The position numbers and the translations under genes were made by a program. From Eledone cirrhosa (taxonomy: Eukaryota): DNA of 64,000 nt. Under the pieces are notes generated by a model that saw nothing but the letters and a program-made list of their open reading frames with translations, ran no database searches and was not told where the DNA came from. The stretch is from positions 368,714,001 to 368,778,000 of the forward strand of contig OZ024740.1 of the NCBI GenBank assembly GCA_964016885.1. The letters are read 5' to 3'. Of the stretch, positions 44,617 through 57,609 are shown one piece after another (position 1 is the first letter of the stretch; the number at the start of each line of letters is the position of its first letter).

Positions 44617-44861
44617 GTAAGTATGCATGTATAGGTACATACATATATGTATACAGACGTACAGTAGCATGCACATATATATATATATATATATATACAT
44701 ATATACATACATATGCATACAGGTACACATACATATATGCACGTATCAGTTTAGCGGCGCTAACGTCGCTTTGTTCGTTTGTAAACAAACTGAACAGCCT
44801 GAATTTATGCCATACGGTGTTAAGGCAACCACGTCACCTTTTTGTTCAACACTGACACAGG

Positions 44862-44906
44862 AACGATGTACTAGTTTCAAGCTTGTTAGCTATCATCAGC
44901 ACCGTT
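44862..44906 (-). ncRNA. Minimal type-I hammerhead ribozyme, unit 1
   Basis: AACGGTG CTGATGA T AGCT AACA AGCT T GAAA CTAG TA CATCGTT. Confidence 0.85.
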
Positions 44907-45327
44907 TACCCATCTGCCAGATAGTTGAACGTTCGAAAGTATATACTTTCCTTATGAAAATTAACGGCTGAGCAGCCTCATTTGCATATTGAGTGAGTTA
45001 AATCGGTCAGGCATACCGAAAACGATAAATTGAAACAAAATGAAAACGAAATTTCATTTCTCACTCTTAGTATGGCACTTACTTAAATGTAAGTATGCAT
45101 GTATACGTACATACATATATGTATACAGACGTACAGTAGCATGCACATATATATATATATATACATATATACATACATATGCATACAGGTACACATACAT
45201 ATATGCACGTATCAGTTTAGCGGCGCTAACGTCGCTTTCTTCGTTTGTAAACAAACTGAACAGCCTGAATTTATGCCATACGGTGTTAAGGCAACCACGT
45301 CACCTTTTTGTTCAACACTGACACAGG

Positions 45328-45372
45328 AACGATGTACTAGTTTCAAGCTTGTTAGCTATCATCAGCACCGTT
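45328..45372 (-). ncRNA. Minimal type-I hammerhead ribozyme, unit 2
   Basis: Identical motif 466 bp downstream of unit 1. Confidence 0.85.
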
Positions 45373-45793
45373 TACCCATCTGCCAGATAGTTGAACGTTA
45401 GAAAGTATATACTTTCCTTATGAAAATTAACGGCTGAGCAGCCTAATTTGCATATTGAGTGAGTTAAATCGGTCAGGCATACCGAAAACGATAAATTGAA
45501 ACAAAATGAAAACGAAATTTCATTTCTCACTCTTAGTATGGCACTTACTTAAATGTAAGTATGCATGTATACGTACATACATATATGTATACAGACGTAC
45601 AGTAGCATGCACATATATATATATATATACATATATACATACATATGCATACAGGTACACATACATATATGCACGTATCAGTTTAGCGGCGTTAACGTCG
45701 CTTTGTTCGTTTGTAAACAAACTGAACAGCCTGAATTTATGCCATACGGTGTTAAGGCAACCACGTCACCTTTTTGTTCAACACTGACACAGG

Positions 45794-45838
45794 AACGATG
45801 TACTAGTTTCAAGCTTGTTAGCTATCATCAGCACCGTT
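45794..45838 (-). ncRNA. Minimal type-I hammerhead ribozyme, unit 3
   Basis: Identical motif a further 466 bp downstream. Confidence 0.85.
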
Positions 45839-46139
45839 TACCCATCTGCCAGATAGTTGAACGTTCGAAAGTATATACTTTCCTTATGAAAATTAACGGC
45901 TGAGCAGCCTAATTTGCATATTGAGTGAATTAAATCGGTCAGGCATACCGAAAACGATAAATTGAAACAAAATGAAAATGTATATATATATGTATATATA
46001 TATATATATTTGCATGCTACTGTACGTCTGTATACATATATGTATGTACGTATACATGCATACTTACATTTAAGTAAGTGCCATACTAAGAGTGAGAAAT
46101 GAAATTTCGTTTTCATTTTGTTTCAATTTATATATATAT

Positions 46140-46237
<98 letters not shown>

Positions 46238-46274
46238 TATATACTTCCCCATATATATATATATATATATATAT

Positions 46275-47278
<1,004 letters not shown>

Positions 47279-47373
47279 CTATTTATATATATATATGTGT
47301 GGGTGTGTGTGTGTGTGTGTATATATATATGTGTGTATATATATATATATATATACACACAACTCTATTCTTT

Positions 47374-47500
<127 letters not shown>

Positions 47501-47509
47501 GTATATATA

Positions 47510-48983
47510 TAGCCTAGGCAAAGAAATGTACATCTTCAGACCTGTTCGACGTCTCCCTGGGATCGTTTGACAATGCTGACGTATGTGACTTGGTTGGCCT
47601 TTTTATCTTAGACATATTACGTGTTAGATTCCCGGACTTCCACACGGGAATATACCGTGACAATGGACTGACTTTATCGAGCCATAAAAGTGGTCACGAC
47701 CTCGACCGGTTTAACAAATTCTTAGCTTCTACCCTCAATAAGTTAGGCCTTATGATAACAGTAGCCACCAACCTCTCTAGTGTAGATTTCTTAGACATTA
47801 ATTTAGACCTTCGCACACACACCCACAGGCCCTTCCATAAGCTAAACGATATAACGATATAATTACATTCACAAGGACTCATGCCACCGTTCCACTGTTT
47901 TTAGAAACTCCGTTAAGAATATCAGTACTAGAATCTCAAACCTCTCCTCTAATAAGTCTATATTTGACAGGGCGGCACCCTACTATAGCACGGCGTTGGA
48001 TAACAGCGGCTTCTCACAACCTATCACCTACTCTCCAACTAGCAAACAACACCATTAAGAAAAGTAAGCGCATCAATAGACAAACTATCTGGTTCTCTCC
48101 TCCATTCTCACTCAAAGTTAAAGCCAATGTAGGAAAACAATTTCCTGCCCTCTTAGATAGACACTTCCCCATAGGTCATAAATACCGCTCCATCTTTAGC
48201 CGACACAAAGTTAAACTAGGATACTCCTGCGCCGAGAACATGAAGGCCTACATCACCAGCAGCCCTAGGAGCAACACCCCACCAGGGTGCTCTTGCCGTA
48301 ATCCTGAAGCATGCCCCTTCAACAGCAATACAACACACCAGCTGTAATCTATGAAGCTGTGGTCACTTCCAACCGACCAAACGAACCACAGGAGATCAAA
48401 TCCTATGTGGGCATGGCGGAGGGCCGATTCAAGGAGCGTTTTCTTAACCACCAGTCTACCTTCAGATACCCGGACAGACGTTCAACCAGGAAACTCGCGA
48501 GCCACATATGGTCCCTCAAGGACTCAAGTATAGGCTACTCCATTCAATGGAAAGCCATCACTAAGTCCAAGCAATACGCAAGGGGAAATCCGACGTGTGG
48601 CTTATGTATTGACAAACGAACAACTATCCCAAAGAGATTACGCAATAGTGATTGCCTAAACACGAGAAGTGAATTTTACACACGTTGTCCACACGTCACC
48701 AAACGTATGTTGCATAACTACCAGGCTCAGGACTGATTCTTTGTAATTTTATTGCTAATTTTTTTTTTTCAACCTAAAAACTTTTCGGACTTTCGCAGTT
48801 ATGTCCCTTACATCTCCCGCACGCAGTCTAGTATGGCCTGTGTGAAGTGACCGAGTTTCTGCGCATGCGCGTTCGTACGGTTGTCCTTCTTGTTCCTATA
48901 ACCATACACATCCCGAGCTGAAGATCCGCGAAGGTGAAACAATTGTTCTCGGTATGGTGAACTAACTGTTGTGTAACCACTTC

Positions 48984-48985
<2 letters not shown>
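47510..48985 (+). mobile_element. 5'-truncated Penelope-like element (RT C-terminus + GIY-YIG) with a 3' HHR
   Basis: [47 protein letters not shown]...CP, IY..SYVGM.EG.FKER..NH, CGLC; flanked by (TA)n. Confidence 0.92.
48901..48958 (+). ncRNA. Type-I hammerhead ribozyme at a PLE 3' end
   Basis: CCGAG CTGAAGA T CC GCGAA GG T GAAA CAATTG TT CTCGG; stem I can extend with ACCATAC/GTATGGT. Confidence 0.8.
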
Positions 48986-49016
<31 letters not shown>

Positions 49017-49180
49017 ATATATGTGTATATATATATATATATATATGTGTATATATGTGTATATATGTGCGTATATATATATGTATGTATGTGTGTATAT
49101 GTATATGTGTGTGTATGTGTATATGGGTGTGTGTGTGTGTGTATATATATAGTGTGTGTTTATATGTATACATTTGTATG

Positions 49181-49223
<43 letters not shown>

Positions 49224-49238
49224 ATATATATATATATT

Positions 49239-49283
<45 letters not shown>

Positions 49284-49474
49284 ATATGTGTGTATATGTG
49301 TATATGTGTATATGTGTATATGTGTATATGTGTATATGTGTATATGTGTGTGTTTATGTGTATGTGCATGTATATGTGTATATATGCGTATGTATATATA
49401 TATATGTGTGTGTATGTGTGTATAATTATATATATTTATATATATATGTATATATATGTATATATGTATGTGTG

Positions 49475-49555
<81 letters not shown>

Positions 49556-49700
49556 ATATATGTATGTATATGTATATATATATGAATGTGTGCATGTGTA
49601 TATATGTGTATATGTGTGCATGTATGTATATATGTATGTATATATGTATGTATATGTGTATGTGTATATATGTATATATATGTATATATATATATATATA

Positions 49701-49776
<76 letters not shown>

Positions 49777-49810
49777 GAAACACACAGATACATGCGGACA
49801 CACACATATA
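48985..49810. repeat. About 820-bp degenerate (TA)/(TG) microsatellite
   Basis: Directly visible in the sequence. Confidence 0.97.
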
Positions 49811-49931
49811 TACATGAATGCATCCGCACCCAACTGTGAGTTAAGGGTGCCAACTTCACCGATGTTGCTCAATGAATGACTGGGACAGACCAATTCAGTT
49901 TGAACTAGACTGAACCAGTATCAGAGTTAAA

Positions 49932-50538
49932 AATACATTATGAAGAGAGAAGAAACATTTAGATATAATTAGTAATAAAATGTATCATACCTAAACTGCT
50001 CCTAAATTCCTCGACTACGTAGTTTGGTGGCATAAACAAAAACAATATATCAAAGATATAGAGTCCTTGCGAGGTCTGCCGACTTATCAAGAGGATACCT
50101 CATTTTACTAGTCTCAAGAACGCGTCTACACGACGTGAGAAAGAATCCCAAAAGGCGGAGGGGGAGATAGTCACGCGATATAACGGTCGAGAAACAGAGC
50201 TAAGCCTCTTATAACCACGAAGAAAATACCACGGAGGCGGAGGGGGTATTCATATCGAGGCCGTAGAAGAGGTAGTGAAGAAGGCGAGAAGTATGAGTAA
50301 TGGAAGCTTTCCAGTTGTCCCCACACTTCAAAGATTGCTCGACCACAGGGAGTTATTAACAATATATTTAGAAACCTCTTGATAAGTCGGCAGACCTCGC
50401 AAGGACTCTATATCTTTGATATATTGTTTTTGTTTATGCCACGAAACTACGTAGTCGAGGAATTTAGGAGCAGTTTAGGTATGATACATTTTATTACTAA
50501 TTATATCTAAATGTTTCTTCTCTCTTCATAATGTATTA
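49932..50538. mobile_element. pLTR-like insert with about 163-bp inverted ends, each carrying an HHR variant
   Basis: 49932-50094 is the reverse complement of 50375-50538; the right end abuts (TA)n. Confidence 0.8.
50375..50460 (+). ncRNA. Hammerhead ribozyme with a U3-A8 core and long stem II
   Basis: CCTC TTGATAA GTCGGCA..(44 nt)..TGCCAC GAAA CTACGTAG TC GAGG. Confidence 0.7.
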
Positions 50539-50560
50539 TATATATATATATATATATATA

Positions 50561-50680
50561 TAATAGGAAGGAGTAAGACCCCGACGGCTGAGCTCAAACC
50601 GTTTCGACGGCTAATTCTGTCCAAAATTAGCCGTCGAAATTGCTTGAGCTCAGCCGTCGGAGTCTTACTCATTCCTATTA
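50561..50680. repeat. About 55-bp-arm GC-rich hairpin within a (TA)n-flanked insert
   Basis: taataggaa.gagtaagac.ccgacggctgagctcaa..ttcgacggctaatt and its reverse complement. Confidence 0.88.
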
Positions 50681-50805
50681 CCCACTCTACTACCGTAAGT
50701 ATTGAGTACTTTGGTGCGTTATAGTCCACCTGGTTCCTTACCCCATTTCTTTCGTTATATATATATGTGTGTGTATATGTGTATGTATATCTGTATATGT
50801 GTGTG

Positions 50806-50849
<44 letters not shown>

Positions 50850-50854
<5 letters not shown>

Positions 50855-52890
50855 TAAAATAACAGATTAAAGTTTAAGCAAAGAATCGCTATTGATGGTT
50901 ACTTCCCCTCAGTTGCCAGGTTTTGTTTGCAAGGTTAGTTACATAACGAGGCTGGGAATGTTTCATTGCGTAACGGTGTGTATACCAACGGCTTTAAATA
51001 TATTCACAGTCGCTCCGATGTAATACCATTTCTGGTTGTCTGATTCCACTGTGCATTGGTAAACCAGGTTAGACTGCATACATTCATTATGTAATGGACA
51101 GGTTTCATGTAGGTGGCAGTTACAATTCTTGTCATGGGCAACTTTGGCATTATTGTTGGGCTGCGATGCCTGTACAAGTGTGTTACATTTTTTTGGCATA
51201 TTACTGCGTGGTTGTGTATTAGATATTCTGTTGTGTTCTATGGTGATTGTATTGTTATTGTTGTACATTTGTGTTCTGGTGGTGTTATGTATATGTTTAG
51301 CGTTAAACATCTTAATGTGTGCCTCTATATTTGGTGCCGTGGAGTAAGATAGTCTAATAGATATAGTATTAAGTATTTTGCTGTATCTATGTAAATCTGG
51401 AAAGTGCTTATTTATTATTCTAAAGAAGGTAGAGGGTATGTTACTACTAATAGGGGTGTTAAATATGGGGCTATACCAAACATACTTTCTACTGCGTGAC
51501 TTGTTTGATTCCGATGTTGTATTTCTATTTACTGTATACTTTGTAGTTCTATGCGTAAGTGCGTGTGTGCGTGTGTTTCTGGAGTTTGTGTTATGCGTGT
51601 TCGGGTGCGCTTTGCAGAGGCTTTCATCTATATATTCTACTCTATCTAAGTGGCCTGCCTTGTATAATGCGGTATTGTAGTATTCTGCCTGTTCCTCGGT
51701 TAGACGAGAGGCGGGATATCCTAAGGGATATGCTTCGTGGAATGGATTTAATTATGGATAGTGGGTGGTTTGAGTTACAGTTGATGTATGCTAAGTTTTC
51801 ATTAATCTTGTGAAAAGATCTTATACGTCCTGTATTTAGGTTAAGCGTCGCGTCTAGAAAGTTAACCGTTTTAGTGGTATACTCATACGTTATGCTAAGG
51901 CCTAGTTTCCCGAGAATCTTTCTAATATTCTTACGGAGTTTTTCTATGCTCTGGTTATTTAGGAGAAGGGCGTCGTCTCTGTAGATTCCACCGTGAAAGA
52001 CGCTAACCTCACTCTGTAAACTATGGGCTATGTAAATACCTACTAAATCTGTGACTTGAGCCGAGTCGTTAGCCTCCATCGTGATGTCAAAGTTATTTAA
52101 TCTATCCTTACGTTCCCAATAGGCGTTTACAAATTTAATTATTGTTTTCCAAGCAGCTAATATGATTTTTATCTCGTCGTCTGTTAGGACAGAACCGTCT
52201 TTGGCGAATGCTAAGGCTTTATCCAAGGTGTTGGGGGATATAGAAGAGTAATAGTCGTTAATGTCAAATTGTATAAATTTAGATACATTTTTGTTAGCTA
52301 TATTGTTAAACCACTTAATCGTTTCGGTAGCGTTACCCCATAGTTTAATCAATAGTTTATTCTTCATTTGTGCTATCACTCTAATATATGTTTACTAATT
52401 TTCCCGATGTCCGATTTGGACGGGCATATAAGTCTAATTGTGGGGTTATAATCAAAATTTACCTTGTTATCCTTGAGATTAAATGTGGGGGTTCATGGCC
52501 TAAGTGGCTCCGTTCTGTCGTCTATTCATAGGTGTTTGACTATATTGTGTGCCTCGTTGTTGATGTTTATCAGTGCCGCCTCATTAGTGTTTTTGTATTT
52601 CCTATGTAATTATTTCCGTATGAAAATTTTGTATGTAATAATATCCATCGAATACACATTTGAGGTTTTGTCCGCTTTGACAATAATTCCATGGCTGCTA
52701 TTTGCAGTATAGCAATATAAGATTGCACTTACCAATGAAACGGTCGTAAATACCTGGATAAAATCCTTCTCTTAATGCTTACCTGTGTTTTCTCTTTTAT
52801 ACTTTATTCTCCAAGATTGATCGGAATTCTTACAAACTTGTGGAGTTACCCCTAACCGTACGTTGAAGCCGTCCATGAACTAGATCACAA
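50850..52890 (-). mobile_element. Decayed Penelope-like element (RT + partial GIY-YIG)
   Basis: ORF 51642-52379 (FIQFDINDYYSSI, DLVGIYI, GIYRDDAL, VNFLDATLNL, SNHP) and 50963-51310 (CNC...CPL...C...LVYQC...YYIGAT); flanked by (TA)n. Confidence 0.92.
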
Positions 52891-52925
52891 TAAGCAATGT
52901 TCTGCTCCCCTAACGATATATATAC

Positions 52926-53021
<96 letters not shown>

Positions 53022-53028
53022 TTATATA

Positions 53029-53136
<108 letters not shown>

Positions 53137-53167
53137 ATGAATCAAAGAACTGTTCAAAACATTATTG

Positions 53168-53214
53168 TGCTTACAGCTGTTTCCTCCAAACCGAGGTTTG
53201 GATTCTTCGGAGCA
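53168..53214 (-). ncRNA. Hammerhead-like motif, CCGAAGA core (copy)
   Basis: Reverse complement of 54596-54642. Confidence 0.6.
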
Positions 53215-54595
53215 ATTTATTAATGCATGGACAGTTATATGACCTCCTTTTCAGCCGAGAGACATACCAATACATATTCAAACATTGATACATATTCAAA
53301 CATTGTGGGTCAACATTCATTACAGAATTTAGAGTGGCAGTACACACTTCGAGATTACATTTATATTAATAGGTACAATCAAAAAAATCAAAGATATAGG
53401 TTAAAGTACAACATGAAGATAAGTGGTTATATAGTGCAAATGTTATATGTGTGGCACGCATGTGCGTCTTGTTTATATAGTGTGGCAGAGAGATATGTGT
53501 GGTAGAGGCACTTAGGTAGGTAAATAAGAGTGTTAGGTTGGTAGATCTGGTGGCAAAGTCTTTATATGATTGATATAGTCTGTGTGTGGAGAAATATTAT
53601 AAGCATTAAAGATAGTGCAAGCATTAAAAGTGTTATAAGTATTGGAGATGCACAGCGCAGGGATGTCAAGTAATTCATGTACTTCGGTATTTTCATGGTC
53701 AAGGGAGTGTATATTTCGATTATATGCCTTTCACATAATCCACGACAATCCAGTTAGAGATCGTAGTCTGGTGCTCTTTAGTTCGATACAGGTGGTTGTT
53801 ACGTTTCGAGAGACGCCATTGAATACCGGAAGTGTGTGTGTGGCTAAGGGGAGTTAATGCATGCGGGGAGGTAACTCTGGGGTTTCTATATCTAGCCATT
53901 AAAATGTGTCTCAATATAGACCCTAAATTCTATGGTGAGGTGCACCTTCCAAGAGAGACTTTTAAAGCATAAAGTGTACTAACTATAGAGTAGTTTAACT
54001 AAATTATGCTGAAGGTGATCATATTATTATTAGGGTGGATTAACCCATCTTAAGGTGCTACAAATGGAAATTATAGATGATGAGCGAGGATTCTAAATTA
54101 ATGATCTCTATGGTTGTAGTCTGCTCATATGACCAGGCGCGGTGATTGCAGGATTGCTTCAGGACCCAATGATCTCTGGTAAGATCCGGGTCATCGCTTG
54201 CTACATTGGATGTCGACAGATAATCATCCCCAAGCAGGCCAAAGGTCAAGTCGCAGTCCTCGCGACCCCTCTCTGACCGTCAGATCATCCATATACGTAC
54301 AACCCGCACGGCAGTTGCATTGCATTCACTCACTGCGCTCAGCGGCCTGGTCCTACTGGTCAACAGCGCTACTCGATTAAATCATTTTACATCTGTCTAA
54401 GGAAGGTGTTTCCTCTGCCCAACACCATCCAACCGATCAATTGATGCTCAAATTACCCTTAGAGCGGCGTAGTGCCGTCCAGGTGGGTGGATGTTGTCAC
54501 ACCTGCCGTAGAGGTATAAATGGGTATTTTCCCTGCGTATTGGTATGTCTCTCGGCTGAAAAGGAGGTCATATAACTGTCCATGCATTAATAAAT

Positions 54596-54642
54596 TGCTC
54601 CGAAGAATCCAAACCTCGGTTTGGAGGAAACAGCTGTAAGCA
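54596..54642 (+). ncRNA. Hammerhead-like motif, CCGAAGA core
   Basis: TGCT CCGAAGA A TCCAAACC TC GGTTTGGA G GAAA CAGCTG TA AGCA. Confidence 0.65.
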
Positions 54643-54843
54643 CAATAATGTTTTGAACAGTTCTTTGATTCATATATTTCATATAACTGCTCTGTAAATC
54701 ATCTGATGTTTTTACATTGAGCTACTTAACTTACTGGTAATAAGGTAGTAATACATTACTGCCTACCACTATTTAGGGTGTGTGTAAAATACTTACAACT
54801 GCTTAAGGTTTTGTGTTTACATAACCATAAATAGTATAACTAA

Positions 54844-54927
<84 letters not shown>

Positions 54928-55228
54928 ATTTATGTGGGCGTGTGTGGGTGCGTGTGTGTGTGTGTATGTTTGTGAATGTGTCTGTTGTCACCTGGATTTT
55001 AGCTTAAGAGTAATTTGAAGATACTGATATGATAGGCACCCAATCTTTGGAACTGGTCTAAGGAATTCGTTTGGCCTTTGTCACTCTAAATATAACTTAT
55101 AGCTTTAAAGAATTAGCGTTTAATGAATTCCCTTTTCTATCAACCAATGACCTCTACCCATCCCACTGCCTGCCCTCTCCTACCACCTGAACAGACCTAT
55201 ATAGACCACCTTTATTTTTGGATACCCT

Positions 55229-55348
55229 GATTCCTGATGATTTCTAAAGAATGAAGCAGTTCTAGTCGTGTATAATCTCATCTATTAAGACTATATATAT
55301 ATATATTATGATTTCTAAAGAATGAAACAGTCCTAGTCCTGTAGAATC
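55229..55348 (+). ncRNA. Two tandem, individually damaged hammerhead copies
   Basis: Consensus of the two: GATTC CTGATGA T TTC TAAA GAA T GAAA CAG..CTG TA GAATC. Copy 1 has GAAG and copy 2 lacks the 5' half. A related remnant lies on the minus strand at about 26830-26860. Confidence 0.55.
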
Positions 55349-55434
55349 TCATCTATATTAAAACGTTTATACTCTACAATGCATTGAGTACCTTACTTAC
55401 TGTGGTTACCTCCGATTCAACCCTGAATAACGTA

Positions 55435-55486
<52 letters not shown>

Positions 55487-55526
55487 GAGAGTATTGAAGT
55501 TTGCTTAAAGCATTGTGGAATAATAA

Positions 55527-55974
55527 GTAAATATCTTTAAGTCGTTTGAAAGCCTCGACAATGCAAATGGGTAAATCTCCGGGTAACAAGATCCGGTGGT
55601 GGAGAAAGAGATGTAAGTGGGTGTACGTTGAGATGCGTGGTGTGTATAAGACGTGTACAAAAAACAACAAACAGCGGAGGACGCGTTTCGCACCTTTTCG
55701 ACAGACAACGTTTCCCCCACCCCGGAAAAAAACCCCAGTTGATGGCTGTGAATCCGAAATATATAGGGACAATTAAATCTCTCCCAAGGTAACTCTCTCG
55801 TGTTGTTATTTTTATTTAATCCTTTTTACTCTTTCCTTCATTCTTCTACACGTCTTATACACACCACGCATCTCAACGTACACCCATTTACATCTCACTC
55901 TCCAGCACCAGATCTTGTTACCCGGAGATTTACCCATTTGCATTGTTGAGGCTTCCAAACGACTTAAAGATATT

Positions 55975-55977
<3 letters not shown>
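55527..55977. repeat. About 130-bp-arm inverted repeat within a (TA)n-flanked insert
   Basis: gtaaatatctttaagtcgtttg..gacgtgta matches tacacgtc..caaacgacttaaagatatttac. Confidence 0.88.
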
Positions 55978-56031
<54 letters not shown>

Positions 56032-56640
56032 GTGTGAAGCATTATATAAAAAATAAATTACAATGATATTAACGACGATCGATGAGTATGGCGAAATATT
56101 TTAAAGGTGAATTATTAAGCATTTCCTTCCTAATAGCAACATATCATGTCATAATATTCTGAAATGGATTATCAAAGAACTAGAAGGATATAACGAAAGA
56201 GTGACACCAAAAGATAGTGGCTCTACATTCAACACGTAACGTATTATAGAGGGAAATGGTATATCTGTATTCTCCATGCAGCTTGAGAACTAGTATCACA
56301 TGAATACCGCACACACACACTGCAATTCTCGAACAAATCACAGGATGCTATCATTCTACAAGGCAGCTAATAAATAGAATAAAGATATCTAAATTAGGTG
56401 TCAGTTATAGAGAGAAAGAAGAAACAACAAATACTGTGAAAGATAGGATGTGTTCCTAAAAACAGACAGCGAATTCTATCCTAATTTAAAGTTTAAATAG
56501 AAATAAAAGTCACTAATATCTGAGGAAAAATATAAAGTTAAACAGAGAAAAGTTGTAAATGCGCATGTATGTATATTAAGGATGTATGTGTGTATGAGCC
56601 TGACTATGATACATGTGTGTGTACGTAAATGTATCACTAG

Positions 56641-56701
<61 letters not shown>

Positions 56702-56739
56702 AGGAAGTGATAGTTCACTTGAAGCATTGTGTAATGAGG

Positions 56740-56979
56740 TATAAACGTTTGTATATGTATAATAAATCCAACACAATGCAGGTATGGACTTGGAAAGGTA
56801 TTTAGAAGACTGGTCTAAACGCTTTACTTCCCTCCGAAGAAGAGATATTATCTCGAAATTTAAGGACATTTAAATAAATCTAAGGTAAAAGACTAATTGT
56901 CAACAATATCTTTTGCATTTGCATTCTTTATTCTATATCCATACCTGCATTGTTTTGGCTTTATTATACATATAAAAAC

Positions 56980-56986
<7 letters not shown>
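56740..56986 (+). mobile_element. Short pLTR-like insert with about 48-bp inverted ends and a degenerate HHR
   Basis: Arms 56740-56788 / 56938-56986. CCGAAGA A GAGAT ATT ATCTC GAAA lies at 56834-56858, with stem III eroded. Confidence 0.55.
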
Positions 56987-57045
<59 letters not shown>

Positions 57046-57609
57046 GGATGGCCGTTGCCTCTGCTGAGTTTCTCCGCCCTTTGCCAGGTGTTGTATTTCA
57101 TCCCGCAAGTGTTCAAATATCACCCTCCTCACCAAGCAAGCTTGGTGTGGTTGACGGTTTCGAGGCCGACGACCCAACAATGAAACAGGTTATCCGGGGT
57201 TACATGTTACCAGTAGCACTGGAGAGTGATCTGAAATATAGTACCATCTAAATAGTATTTTTGTTTTCTTTTTCACCTGGGAGTGAAAGGCCCACAGTTG
57301 TTGTCACAACACCTTTCTAAGAGGGGGAAACTCTGAAAAAAAGAAAAACCTGCGGCTTCGGATGCATCCGATGATGTTCACCAGTTACTCATTTGGGTAG
57401 TGTTTTCGATGTTCAGAGAGTGGGATTGGTCGAGTGAAAGGCCTTTCCCCACATAAAAAAACATTCAAATCCAAGGTATTGATAGTTCAGGATCTGTTAG
57501 AGGTTCGTGTGGTTGGCCGCAGTCTAAAATCGCACCATCTTCTATAATCTGACAAACGATTGCAATGCTCTTAGCAGAGTTTGGAGCCATCGTATATATA
57601 TATATATAT

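Larger units (their letters stand above)
44613..46130 (-). mobile_element. 466-bp tandem trimer with one HHR per unit plus a terminal inverted partial copy (retrozyme-like)
   Basis: Near-identical units start at about 44613, 45085 and 45551. 45980-46130 is an inverted partial unit. The array is flanked by (TA)n and has no credible ORF. Confidence 0.88.

Noticed and set aside
44613-46130. CRISPR array or simple satellite interpretation of the tandem arrays
   Set aside because: Units are full-length near-identical with no unique spacers, the context is eukaryotic, and each unit carries an HHR.
48808-49859. Long ORFs such as the 343-aa and 282-aa YI/CV/TH-rich products (and the many similar ones elsewhere)
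   Set aside because: They are translations of stop-free dinucleotide microsatellites.
55675-55720. Minus-strand GAAA-CGCG-TC as a hammerhead
   Set aside because: No CUGANGA-like half or stem I partner was found.
57419-57452. GTGGGA..GAAA GGCC TT TCCCCAC as a hammerhead
   Set aside because: The 5' core and stem II are absent, so it cannot be distinguished from chance.
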